Positions 1 to 12,381 of a stretch of 45,103 nucleotides of DNA are shown here, piece by piece. The notes under the pieces were generated by a model. That model saw only the letters and a program-made list of their open reading frames with translations. It ran no database searches and was not told the origin of the DNA. The position numbers were made by a program, and so were the translations under genes. This DNA is from Octopus bimaculoides (lineage: Eukaryota): the NCBI RefSeq assembly GCF_001194135.2, contig NC_068981.1:118111649-118156751 (forward strand), written 5' to 3'. Numbering within the stretch: position 1 is the first letter of the stretch; each line of letters begins with the position of its first letter.

Positions 1-888
1 TATATATATATATTAAACATATACAAATGTATGTATGTATGTGTGTATGTAAGATGTAAGTATGAATGTATGTATGTATGAATGAATGTATGTATTGCAG
101 GAACATAACTAAACCTGTTGGGGCTACTCTAAAGAGTGTGTCTCAGTATACTGTCTTGGAACCATTTCCTTTTCTAACACCACTTTCAGAAAATGTCACT
201 TAGTGACAAGATCACATTCGAAACAAGAATAACAGTTGTGATGGCTTCAAGACAAAATACTCATATGAAATAATTGCTACCTGTTTTACATTACTGTATT
301 TTCAAGCTCACTTCTGAAATTGGAGCATTCCAAAGATAATTGCCAATGTGCAACAACTGAATGCTTGAATAAGGTGTCCGGATACTGAATATTATTGCAT
401 ATCACCAACATTCGCTTATTCCTCTCTCCGAGTAAGGTCTATTTTCTTCAATATTCTTTGGTATACATTAAGTGTAGAAAAAAAAAAGCAGTATACCCGA
501 ACAATTACACATCAGCATATATGGACACAAAAACTCATATGAGAATAGCAGCATTGGACACGAGGGATGAAAAGCCTCAATGGCTCACAAGAACACATAT
601 ACGGTCATAGTGACCTATAAATACATATATACACACACATAAACACACACACACTCACATACACACACATGTACAACTATATATGAGTTATATAATACTG
701 TGTATATGTCTATACGTGTGTGAGGGAGTGTAGTGGAAATAGATGTGCTAGATGCATGACAAATTACTGTAGAAGGTTTTGGCTTTTGGAAAAGTTTGCG
801 TTAAACTCAATGTGCAATAAGATACGATAGATAAATGTAGGGACAGTATACTAATATTACGTAGTATAGAGAGAACATTGTAAATGAG

Positions 889-959
<71 letters not shown>

Positions 960-1057
960 TAGGTACATACATACATACCTACATACATACATACCTACAT
1001 ACATACAGATAGATAGACAGATACGTACATACATACATAATACCTACATACATACAC

Positions 1058-1130
<73 letters not shown>
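889..1130. repeat. Compound (GATA)n/(TACA)n microsatellite
   Basis: Directly visible. It is the source of the YLSI-repeat pseudo-ORFs. Confidence 0.98.
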
Positions 1131-1131
<1 letters not shown>

Positions 1132-1485
1132 CAAATTTAGAGAAAGCAAAAAACTAAGACAGGTGAGAGAACAACATGCAGATTTATTAGTGTCACGCTC
1201 GGGTATTATAGAAAAGAATCTGACGTTTCGAGCATACGTCCGATAGAAAGGGTTGGGAGGAGAAAAATGAAGAGAGGACGGAAGGGAAAAAAAAAGCACG
1301 AAGTGTGAAAAAATACATGTTGGGATTAATGGTTCGGCATGATGAATTAGGCAGAAAAAAGAGTCTGGGTGAATGAGAGATAATAACAATGACCCGGTTA
1401 ACTACAGTGCGGAAGCGCGTGTGTGTATGAATAGTGAGCGTGAATGTGTACAGCTGAGCTTAAAATTATGTGGGCTTCCTTGTGC

Positions 1486-1519
<34 letters not shown>

Positions 1520-2435
1520 NNNNNNNNNNNNNNNNNNNNNNNNNNNNNNNNNNNNNNNNNNNNNNNNNNNNNNNNNNNNNNNNNNNNNNNNNNNNNNNNN
1601 NNNNNNNNNNNNNNNNNNNNNNNNNNNNNNNNNNNNNNNNNNNNNNNNNNNNNNNNNNNNNNNNNNNNNNNNNNNNNNNNNNNNNNNNNNNNNNNNNNNN
1701 NNNNNNNNNNNNNNNNNNNNNNNNNNNNNNNNNNNNNNNNNNNNNNNNNNNNNNNNNNNNNNNNNNNNNNNNNNNNNNNNNNNNNNNNNNNNNNNNNNNN
1801 NNNNNNNNNNNNNNNNNNNNNNNNNNNNNNNNNNNNNNNNNNNNNNNNNNNNNNNNNNNNNNNNNNNNNNNNNNNNNNNNNNNNNNNNNNNNNNNNNNNN
1901 NNNNNNNNNNNNNNNNNNNNNNNNNNNNNNNNNNNNNNNNNNNNNNNNNNNNNNNNNNNNNNNNNNNNNNNNNNNNNNNNNNNNNNNNNNNNNNNNNNNN
2001 NNNNNNNNNNNNNNNNNNNNNNNNNNNNNNNNNNNNNNNNNNNNNNNNNNNNNNNNNNNNNNNNNNNNNNNNNNNNNNNNNNNNNNNNNNNNNNNNNNNN
2101 NNNNNNNNNNNNNNNNNNNNNNNNNNNNNNNNNNNNNNNNNNNNNNNNNNNNNNNNNNNNNNNNNNNNNNNNNNNNNNNNNNNNNNNNNNNNNNNNNNNN
2201 NNNNNNNNNNNNNNNNNNNNNNNNNNNNNNNNNNNNNNNNNNNNNNNNNNNNNNNNNNNNNNNNNNNNNNNNNNNNNNNNNNNNNNNNNNNNNNNNNNNN
2301 NNNNNNNNNNNNNNNNNNNNNNNNNNNNNNNNNNNNNNNNNNNNNNNNNNNNNNNNNNNNNNNNNNNNNNNNNNNNNNNNNNNNNNNNNNNNNNNNNNNN
2401 NNNNNNNNNNNNNNNNNNNNNNNNNNNNNNNNNNN

Positions 2436-2475
<40 letters not shown>

Positions 2476-2632
2476 TATATACATATATACACACATATAT
2501 ACGTACAAACGTAGAACGTAGAAGTGTACAGTATAAATTTCTTCCTCCTTCAGATTTCCCCCCTATTCTATCCAGTAGTATTATTATTCGTATTTCCATT
2601 TTTGCGTTTGGGCTTCCGTCGTGTGTGAATAA

Positions 2633-2972
2633 ATAATTGAGACAATTGGAGTCAACAAGAAGGAAACGATTGGACGCTTATTTTCGACCGTTACAATTCT
2701 ATCTACGCAACCTAGTTCTACAAGTGTGCAGGTACTTGATTATGCAACCGTTTTCCTGTGTTACGAGATCTACTGATGTTTCCTCAGGCGACATGTAAAT
2801 ATTGTCTCCGTAAGGTAAAATTCCTCTCCGTCATGGCCTGCAGTCAGGTGTGGCCAATGAGATAATCAAGGTGTGAAGGCCTGGAGAACAACGTTGCGTA
2901 GAAAGAATTGTAGTGCTTGAAAATAAACGTCCAACCTTACTCCTTCTTGTTGAATCCAAACTTTTCAGTTAT
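2633..2972. repeat. Foldback element with about 80-bp imperfect inverted arms
   Basis: tcaacaagaaggaaacgattggacgcttattttc...ttacaattctatctacgcaac pairs with gttgcgtagaaagaattgtag...gaaaataaacgtccaaccttactccttcttgttga. It abuts a (TA)n run. Confidence 0.85.
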
Positions 2973-3136
2973 ATATATATATATATATATATAGGTAAGT
3001 GGTAGGTTTGCCTCGATCCTTCAGGGGTAGTCTGAAGCATCCAAGCAACCAGGGGGTGTTTAAATCCGGAGGCACTCCTGGGGATCACCTGTATGGGTAC
3101 CGTCTTGGGAAGAGGGCGTCCAGAGGCAGGTATATA

Positions 3137-3170
<34 letters not shown>

Positions 3171-3514
3171 NNNNNNNNNNNNNNNNNNNNNNNNNNNNNN
3201 NNNNNNNNNNNNNNNNNNNNNNNNNNNNNNNNNNNNNNNNNNNNNNNNNNNNNNNNNNNNNNNNNNNNNNNNNNNNNNNNNNNNNNNNNNNNNNNNNNNN
3301 NNNNNNNNNNNNNNNNNNNNNNNNNNNNNNNNNNNNNNNNNNNNNNNNNNNNNNNNNNNNNNNNNNNNNNNNNNNNNNNNNNNNNNNNNNNNNNNNNNNN
3401 NNNNNNNNNNNNNNNNNNNNNNNNNNNNNNNNNNNNNNNNNNNNNNNNNNNNNNNNNNNNNNNNNNNNNNNNNNNNNNNNNNNNNNNNNNNNNNNNNNNN
3501 NNNNNNNNNNNNNN

Positions 3515-3557
<43 letters not shown>

Positions 3558-4444
3558 CACATAGAAATATATCATACAAGTACCTCGTTTAGTTTATAGC
3601 AATTTTGTATATGTTGTGCCAATCTAAATATCATTTGTAATGGATAGGACCTGATGCAGAAAGCTCTACCTAGACATACTAGAAAGAGCAACCATATTTT
3701 CTTCTCTTCTTCACAAATTAGCAATAATTTCATATACACCGAGAAAATAAAAAAAACAATATTCTCATAGCTAGATCATCTTGGTTCATTGTCCTCCTCA
3801 TTCAGAATCCCAATATCTTACTTGGTGCTAAATAAACAGCAAATTTTTTCCCTCTTTTTTTCTTTGGTCAATTTCATTACCATCATAACACTATATCACA
3901 ATCCTCATTGCATATCCAGGACAGCTATGACATAGCTTTTTCAAGATAGTACGTCATAGCTGTCACGTGGATGTTTTTCTTTTCCTAGCATCTCTCAGAA
4001 GGCTCCCTTGCTATTTTTCTCTACTTGTGCTTGGTTTTTGCTTTTATATAATTTTATAGTTTCTGGAGTTGTGATGATGTCTTACCGTATTCAGTTGCAC
4101 TCTTTGATATTTTCAATGATAGATTACCTATATATCTGGCAAATAGAACAAATCGCTGTGCAAATAGCTGGAAACCGTTTCATCCCTAGCTTTAAAACGT
4201 CTATGGATCATTCTTTTGATTCTTGTTATTTACCGTAAGGTGTATCTTTGTCCATTGTGCTTCAGGCATCCTGCCCTAGTCAACTTTGCGTTCCATCTTT
4301 GAATGACAATTTAGAAGAATGTCTCGAGCCTCTGAAACAAACTACTTTACAGTAATTTTCCGACTCTTTATATTTTGAGTTCAAATCCTGCTGAAATGAA
4401 CTTTGTCCTTCATACCTCGAGTATCAATAAAATAAAGTACTTCC

Positions 4445-4827
4445 CTTGTACTTTTGTTGTTGGCACTCCGCCGCTTACGACGTCGAGGGTTCCTGTTGAT
4501 CCGATCAACGGAACAGCCTGCTCGTGAAATTAACGTGCAAGTAGCTGAGCACTCCATAGACACGTGTACCCTTAACGTAGTTCTCGGGGATCTTCAGCGT
4601 GACACAGTGGGTGAAGGCTGACCTTTTGAATTACAGGCACAACAGAAACAGGAAGTAAGAGAAAGTTGTGGTGAAAGAGTACAGCAGGGTTCGCCACCAT
4701 ACCCTGTCGGAGCCTCGTGGAACTTTAAGTGTTTTTGATCAATAAACTCTCACAACGCCTAGCCTGGGAATCGAAACCGCGATCTTATGACCGCGAGTCC
4801 GCTGCCCTAACCACTGGGCCATTGCGC
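4445..4827 (-). mobile_element. tRNA-derived SINE, family D (long central domain), near full length
   Basis: Pol III A box TGGCCCAGTGG (4821-4811) and B box GGTTTCGATTCC (4778-4767). The central domain recurs at about 20480-20665 (+), 31850-31985 (-) and 35505-35740 (-). Confidence 0.85.
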
Positions 4828-6526
4828 TTTCACTTCTCTTGTACTAGAATCGATGACACCGAATAGTGCCCATAATCTTATCAAGAATTCTGGAATGCTA
4901 AGTACTTTAAAGTTGTAATAAGTTTTAAGACGCTATCCTTATAGAAATATTACTTTTAAATTTTCATTGATGTTAAGAACAATAATTCTTTCAAATGAGG
5001 ACTTAAGGTCAGAAGGTTTGAGGGAAGAGGCTAGACTGCTTCATCAACCCTTTTACTTGCATGGTATTTTATTTTATCTACCCAGAAAGTTGACATCACT
5101 GAGATTATATCTTCGAACGTCAAAAGTTCAGCATTTTGTCCAAGGCGCAAACTGTTATGCCAACTTCCCGCCTATTATTAAGAACAATAAGAGTCTAATT
5201 TCACAAAACTACTAATCTCTACTTCTCTTCTTTATATTCTATATTCATAATATTCATATTTCTGCTATAGTGGGGATGGTGATTATTACAAATATTCTCC
5301 CCAAAATTATGGAGACACTTGTAGTAAAGAAACTCTTACTCAAGCCAAGCTGATATTAAAATTGTAAGAAATCTACGTGTTATATTTCCCCCCCCCCCAA
5401 TTCAACACACGCTTCGTTGCACCCCCTCCGTTATATACTTTCACCTTTTGTGATTTTATTTCATATAATATGAGAAATTTTTATAAAACAAAGAATTAGT
5501 ATAAATTACTTTATTAGTGTTATGTTTTAATTTTATTTATGATGTTGTCAAACGAAATTCTTTTATTACCTTTTGGAGTGATGTGAAACCAAACGTATTA
5601 ATAAAAAAAAAAGGTGAACACTGAAGTCAAAAACAATTGTAACACCACACAAATCTTAATGCAAGTCAAGGCAAAACCGTATTATGCATTGTTTACTCCC
5701 CTTCGCATTTTCTTCTGAGAGAAATACTGTTGAATAGGGGTGGATAATGTTTCACTCACGTTCAAATTTGAAACTGTTCGCTGACGAACACTTTGAAACT
5801 CATGAGGCAAAAATGATTTAGGTCTTCGAACTAAAACTGTAATTCAATATTATTAGCACACCTAAATTGTTGTGAACATAACAATTCATTCATTTCCTTT
5901 TCGAGATGAAGCAGCACTGGTATATATGGACTTAAAATTCATCATTGGTACTAAAATAAATTCCCCACCCTATCACAGAATGAATGAACATATTTTCATA
6001 GCCTTTAAAGATTATTTCTAAGGTAGAATTTATTTTATCATTTCTTACCAAATCAACTGCAAACTGACATGGCAGCTATTTCTTAAACTCTTATTATGAA
6101 TGTAGTATCAGTATTCAGTATGGTCTAAATAAAGTAAATGGAATTTCAGCAAAAGTGTGTGTACTATAATATATAAATTCCACCAAAATGTTTGGAATTA
6201 GCACTAGACAGCTAAATGTTCCTTCATTACATATTAGCAATGTAGCTAGATAAAATAAACTAAGCGATTTTGTCCGCAGAAATGCTTGGTTACATTCCGA
6301 CATATACTTTTCAACTCCGCTGCATGCAGCACGAATGCAGAATTATAGACACATCATATGAGACGAAGGAGACTATAAACGCGATTGGTTGTAATAAACA
6401 TTACAGAATTACTTTTCAGAACTTTCCAATATGGTCGGTTTAAACATGTTCTAGTACCTAGCATAGCTTAGTTGCATGTATTATAAGGCTCATAGAAATA
6501 TAGATACTATTATATTAAATGCATGA

Positions 6527-6860
6527 AGGCGTATGGCTCAATGGTAAGAGCATCGGTCTCACATTCATGAGGTAGTGAGTACGATTTCCGGACTATGTGT
6601 TGTGTTCTTGAGCAAGACGCTTTATTTCGCGTTGCTCCAGGTCACTCATCTGTAGAAATGAGCCGTAACATCACTGATGCCAAGCTGTATCGGCCTTTGC
6701 CTTTCCCTTGGATAACATCGGTGGCGTGGAGAGGGGAAACTGGTATGCATGGACGACTGCTGGTCTTCCATAAACAACCTTTCCCGGATTTGTGCCTAGG
6801 AGGGTAACTTTCTAAATTCAATCTCATGGTCATTTATGGCCAAAGGGAGTCGTTACCCTG
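6527..6860 (+). mobile_element. tRNA-derived SINE, family C (CORE-like)
   Basis: Head ggcgtatggctcaatggtaagagc with A/B boxes followed by gtgttcttgagcaagacgctttatttc. Related heads occur at 31148-31293 (+) and 32268-32405 (-). Confidence 0.75.
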
Positions 6861-6959
6861 TTTAAGATATCCGGATCTTTAAGGTGAGCCAATTAGCCCG
6901 CATTGCCCGAGGAACCACATTACGATTTTCAGAATGTCAGGAGAAAATATCTACTTTAC

Positions 6960-6999
<40 letters not shown>

Positions 7000-7519
7000 C
7001 AATAACAATAAAACAAGCACACATACAGATATATTTGTGGAAAAAATTATATTCATTTATAGATATATGAGTGTATGTGCGTGTGTGCGCGCGCGCGCGT
7101 TGATGTACTCATGTATGCGTATATGATTGTCTATATGTTTTAATATAGATATATGCACTTATACAGGGTACTAAATACAAGGCTCTCGGTGTCTCGCGAC
7201 TTAGCCTAATTGATGAAAAGCTTTCAATTACATTAACTTTAATTACATTGGAGATATACATAACTTTGTTATGATTCCACACCTTTTCTTTTGTTCACCT
7301 TATTTAATTACTTTTGAAACAATGAAACGAAGCGCAATCATGTTCCAAATTGTTTAAAAGGTATTCCTGATTATTTGCATTCACCAATGGGTATTGTCAA
7401 CGCATGCTACTATAGTTTAAGTATCTAATTTTTAAAATGCATTTTTTCCCTTTCCGCAGTTGCTTCATAAGAAATGTTTTTAGGCCACAATAGGTATTAT
7501 TTTTATCAGCACTTATGTG

Positions 7520-7751
7520 TATACACACATGCACACACATGCAAACACAGGCACGCACACTCACACACACGCATACACACACACACACACGCATACATAC
7601 ACACACACACACATTCACACACATACACATATATATATGCGTGCATATATACACATGAATATATATTTACGTTATATATATATGTATACATATACATACA
7701 TCTACATATGTATACATACATACACATATATACATATATATACATATACAT

Positions 7752-7831
<80 letters not shown>
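7520..7831. repeat. Compound (CA)n/(TA)n/(TG)n microsatellite next to a gap
   Basis: Directly visible. Confidence 0.97.
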
Positions 7832-8821
7832 NNNNNNNNNNNNNNNNNNNNNNNNNNNNNNNNNNNNNNNNNNNNNNNNNNNNNNNNNNNNNNNNNNNNN
7901 NNNNNNNNNNNNNNNNNNNNNNNNNNNNNNNNNNNNNNNNNNNNNNNNNNNNNNNNNNNNNNNNNNNNNNNNNNNNNNNNNNNNNNNNNNNNNNNNNNNN
8001 NNNNNNNNNNNNNNNNNNNNNNNNNNNNNNNNNNNNNNNNNNNNNNNNNNNNNNNNNNNNNNNNNNNNNNNNNNNNNNNNNNNNNNNNNNNNNNNNNNNN
8101 NNNNNNNNNNNNNNNNNNNNNNNNNNNNNNNNNNNNNNNNNNNNNNNNNNNNNNNNNNNNNNNNNNNNNNNNNNNNNNNNNNNNNNNNNNNNNNNNNNNN
8201 NNNNNNNNNNNNNNNNNNNNNNNNNNNNNNNNNNNNNNNNNNNNNNNNNNNNNNNNNNNNNNNNNNNNNNNNNNNNNNNNNNNNNNNNNNNNNNNNNNNN
8301 NNNNNNNNNNNNNNNNNNNNNNNNNNNNNNNNNNNNNNNNNNNNNNNNNNNNNNNNNNNNNNNNNNNNNNNNNNNNNNNNNNNNNNNNNNNNNNNNNNNN
8401 NNNNNNNNNNNNNNNNNNNNNNNNNNNNNNNNNNNNNNNNNNNNNNNNNNNNNNNNNNNNNNNNNNNNNNNNNNNNNNNNNNNNNNNNNNNNNNNNNNNN
8501 NNNNNNNNNNNNNNNNNNNNNNNNNNNNNNNNNNNNNNNNNNNNNNNNNNNNNNNNNNNNNNNNNNNNNNNNNNNNNNNNNNNNNNNNNNNNNNNNNNNN
8601 NNNNNNNNNNNNNNNNNNNNNNNNNNNNNNNNNNNNNNNNNNNNNNNNNNNNNNNNNNNNNNNNNNNNNNNNNNNNNNNNNNNNNNNNNNNNNNNNNNNN
8701 NNNNNNNNNNNNNNNNNNNNNNNNNNNNNNNNNNNNNNNNNNNNNNNNNNNNNNNNNNNNNNNNNNNNNNNNNNNNNNNNNNNNNNNNNNNNNNNNNNNN
8801 NNNNNNNNNNNNNNNNNNNNN

Positions 8822-8860
<39 letters not shown>

Positions 8861-9231
8861 GTATGTATATTCTGTCGTACACTGAATGTCCAGCTTACTT
8901 CTTTGCTAGTATCATTTTTTATCATTACTTAAAAAAAGATATATATATATATGATATAAAAGAACAAGTTTATATCTATTATTGCCTTACACCTTTTTCG
9001 GTGTATGGTGTCTGGTAGAGTGGCGCATATGCTTAGGTGAAATCAAATCCATGCGATGTCGTTTACCTTGTTCATTGTGGTTTGATAAAGTAAGTACCAG
9101 TTATGTATTTTGCTTCATTCAAAGGATTATACTCCACCCCTCCACACAAAAAATAGACATTCGTCGTCTTGTGTATGTTAGACATTATTAGTGTTAATAC
9201 ATTGTGTTGTGATCTTATTATAATGAATGCT

Positions 9232-9299
9232 TTTATTCGTATTTAGTTTATACTTTCCGTTATTGTTACATTTTATATTTCTACCGATTTTATTTTATT
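9232..9299 (-). promoter_or_regulatory. Candidate AATAAA polyadenylation signals in the 3' UTR
   Basis: TTTATT on the plus strand at 9232, 9289 and 9294, about 220-290 nt after the stop codon. The context is AT-rich, so chance matches are likely. Confidence 0.25.
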
Positions 9300-9515
9300 T
9301 TTTCTATTTTTAAAAATGTTTCATTTTTGTCGTGCTCCTTATCAACATCGTCATCGTCATCATCAATGTAGTCGTCGCCGTCGTTATCTTCATCATCGTC
9401 ATCACCATATTTTATATTATCCATATTCATGTCACTCATTACGAATGTGCATTTGAGCTATTTGTTTTGTTTTGTTTTGTCTCGTTTTTTTTTCTCATCT
9501 GTGTTTCTGTCTGTT

Positions 9516-10052
9516 TTATAAATGGTAAGCGACTTTAGGAAATATAACCATGATAGATGCGACGATGCAAGAGAGATACATAAAAAAGAATATACGATCC
9601 AGAACTAAGGCCACGTGCTTCCATTCTCGGGCTATTATTTCGCCCGCTTCTTTTTCACTGACTTTGTCTGTCATTTCTTGCAGGTGTCTTCTAATTTCTT
9701 TAACATCACCTTCCAATGTATTAATTGCCTGCCAAGGGCCTTGATTTCCGTCATTACACTGTTGTTCAATATCAGAGGCCGGTGTTATAGCTGTTGCACC
9801 AGCAAGACTAGTTGTACCATTGACAATTGGCGCTAAAGCAGATGCTAAAATTGGGTTTCGGTTTCGAACCCAATTGTCTTCGGTTTGCATTTCGAAAGTT
9901 CCTACTTTGTCATATTTGATTTCTTGCATTTTTTTCCTATCTTTGCTTGATTTGCTATTTTTTCTTTTTCTACACCTCAGTGCCAGCAGCTCTTCTTTGG
10001 TGAGTAACTGTGTTTGCATGCAGAGCATTCGACCGAAAAAATCAACCATCAC
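9516..10052 (-). CDS. Terminal exon of the same subunit: M3-M4 intracellular loop, MA helix, M4, stop
   Basis: Acceptor ttttccag|GTG ATG, phase 0, 178 aa plus TAA. It contains MA-like LEGDVKEIRRHLQEMTDKVSEKEAGEII and the hallmark REWKHVALVLDRIFFF before hydrophobic M4 (MYLSCIVASIMVIF). The first 14 aa of the track ORF 9516-10094 are intron. Confidence 0.96.
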   Translation of the reverse strand: MMVDFFGRMLCMQTQLLTKEELLALRCRKRKNSKSSKDRKKMQEIKYDKVGTFEMQTEDNWVRNRNPILASALAPIVNGTTSLAGATAITPASDIEQQCNDGNQGPWQAINTLEGDVKEIRRHLQEMTDKVSEKEAGEIIAREWKHVALVLDRIFFFMYLSCIVASIMVIFPKVAYHL

Positions 10053-10221
10053 CTGGAAAAGAAAATATGGAAAGCTTAAATGCCATATATTCAATTATAT
10101 GACATATATCCAAACAGTAACGCACAAACGTGTATACATTGAACAAAAACAAAAACTTCACTGTCCAAGGTGTTATTCTCGAAAGTTGATTCTAATTTTC
10201 ACGTGTATCGTATACACATAA

Positions 10222-10437
10222 TGGTTTCAAATTTTGGCACAGGGCCAGCAATTTTGGGGAAGGGAATAAGTCGATTACATTGATCCCAGTGCTCAACTAA
10301 GTCTTATTTTATCGACTTCTAAGGGATGAAAGGTAAAATCAACTTCAGTAGAATTTGAACAGAGAACATAAAACCGGACAAAATGCCGCTTAGTATCTTG
10401 TTAGGCATGCCTACGATTCTGCCAGCGCACCACCTTA
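10222..10437 (-). mobile_element. SINE family A copy
   Basis: Reverse complement of the consensus seen at 38026-38260 (ggcgagctggcagaatcgttag...gagttcaaattccgccgagg...). Confidence 0.8.
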
Positions 10438-10470
10438 TAAATACACACAATATTAAAGATTTCTGACATT

Positions 10471-10587
10471 AAGGCACGAGCTGGTAGAAGCGTTATCATG
10501 CTGTAGCTCGACGTTCTAACTCCGCCGATGTTAGCTTTAGATTTCATCCTTTAGGAGTCGATAAAATAAGTACCAGTTGATCACTGA
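10471..10587 (+). mobile_element. SINE family A, internally deleted copy
   Basis: aaggcacgagctggtagaagcgtta...tttcatcctttaggagtcgataaaataagtaccagttg. Confidence 0.75.
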
Positions 10588-10689
10588 TAGTTAAGTAACA
10601 GTTTGTAACGAAAGCTTTGTAAGCTTTGTAAGTAAATTTCTAGTTAGATGTAACGGTATTTAACTTCCCAATTCTATTTGAAATACGTC

Positions 10690-11700
10690 AAAATCAGATA
10701 TATATATATCATTTCCTTTGAGATGTTGTAAATTTTATCATAACGGCATTTGTTGTATTGGCCCCATGTTCACTCCAAGCAAACAACCCATTCGTCTTGT
10801 TATTATTTATGAATTTCTAAAGGGAAATAGTGCAGGTGTAGCAGGAAAATCACTCCATAGCAGTTATGGTGATGGAGTAGTAACTGCAAGAACATGCAGT
10901 AGATTGCTTTTACGATTCAAAAACGAGGACTACGGGTTGTTAGATGAATTAACAGAGGGGCGCCCAAGTGGGTTGGATCTTGATATACTGGAAGCCACTG
11001 TTGACACAAACCTGGCTGCTACAGTTCCGAAACTAAGCACCGTTCATCATGAATCGGAAAGGCTTGGTAAAGTGTCGAAGGTTGGAAAATGGATCACGCA
11101 GACAATCGCAAACAAAGTGTTGACTGCTATGCATCATTGCTATCTCGTAAGCTGTAAATACCTCTTTTGGATAGAGTCATTACTGGAGGTGAATAATTGA
11201 CACGTTATCATAATGGTAAGAAAAAAACATCTGCGTCTCATTCGTGGGGAAAAACCAAGTAAATTCTTCTAAGTGCATGGTTGGTTATGCGTGGAATAAT
11301 TCATCTTGAGCTGCTAGACGATAACCAAGCAATAGCAGCTGATGTACAATGCCAACAGCTAACACATTTGAAAGTAGCTTTGCTGCAAAAACGTCCATCA
11401 TTAACAAACATAACAGGAGCCATCGTGTGTCAAAGGTCTAAAAAATATGCCGGGAAAATTATGCATCACCCACCATATTCTAGAGATCTGCAAATTACCA
11501 TGGTTTTGAAGTTTACAAAATCATTTAAATGGATTTAGACCTACTTGAAGAGCAGAAGTTGAAAATGAGTTACTTTCCTTTTTCACTTCTAAACCTAAAG
11601 AATTTATGAATGTGACATTAAAAAGCCGATTAACAGATGGAAAGATGTCATGGAGAAGAACGGTGATTATATAAATCAGATATTATTTTTAATTGTTTGC
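10690..11700 (+). mobile_element. Degenerate mariner (Tc1/mariner) transposase remnant in the last intron, antisense to the gene
   Basis: Frameshifted fragments IRLVIIYEFLKGNSA...GRPSGLDLDIL...KVSKVGKW; RGIIHLELLDDNQAI.ADVQCQQL; HHPPYSRDL (mariner HPPYSPDL motif); RWKDVMEKNGDYI. TIRs were not resolved. Confidence 0.88.
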
Positions 11701-12265
11701 TAAAACTAAAGAGATATACTCTTTACTGTATAATTTAAAATATACTGTAAATAACAGATTTCTAACATTCACATACAGAGATGTAAATTTTTATTGGGGA
11801 GTATCATGTATCAAATTGACGCCAGAATGTGGCTAGAATATTAATGTATTTATAAAATATGATTCTAATTACATGTATCATGTACATATAAATAATAAAC
11901 ACTATTAAGCGCGAGGTAGATATATGTTATGAAGCTTACAAATTATCCATAAATTACCAGAGTTTAAACATTGACAGATAGTCATGACTATATTTGTCTT
12001 GTATGTTATTTAAACCGGAAAGTTGAAATATAAGATTAATGCCAGACGAAAACATTTACAAGAAAAGATCACTAGACAGTTCGTCTGTCATTCTAAATAT
12101 CAGCTAATCCACACTGATTGTAATAAAATAGATATTGCATAATTAAACTTACGCATGTGCATAAAGTATATGTAAACACATGTATACTACATAACAGAGT
12201 TATACCTTTACAAACACCGATGATTGAAAGTACACGTACATAAAGATAGAAATAAACAGACAAAC

Positions 12266-12381
12266 CTTTTTCACGATAGGTGGCACTCGAGATCGTGATC
12301 CGTGGAAATATAGATTGACCACAATGACGGACAAGAATGTGGACAGAGTGATAAGTATCATGTTTAGACAGTAGTAGGCTC
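12266..12381 (-). CDS. Internal exon of the same subunit: M3 helix and MX
   Basis: Minus strand reads ttctattttcag|GA GCC TAC TAC TGT...GTG AAA AAG|gtttgt. The exon is 116 nt, phase 1 to phase 0, and translates (G)AYYCLNMILITLSTFLSVIVVNLYFHGSRSRVPPIVKK, a typical nAChR M3 followed by the VP..VK motif. The ORF track misses it (different frame). Confidence 0.95.

Noticed and set aside
4760-4827. tRNA-like sequences with A/B boxes (also 6527, 31148, 32340-32405)
   Set aside because: They continue into repeated SINE bodies and lack a complete cloverleaf. They are SINE heads, not tRNA genes.
5778-5810. CTGACGA-ACACTTT-GAAAC-TCATGAG hammerhead-like string
   Set aside because: Stem II cannot pair and no UH cleavage triplet follows stem III.
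1373-9018. Long ORFs of 350-510 aa in the track (also 32841-33483, 36731-37605, 40071-40879, 41600-42899)
   Set aside because: They consist of N-gap X runs and translated microsatellites (YI, HT, VC, YLSI, poly-F/L). These are artefacts.
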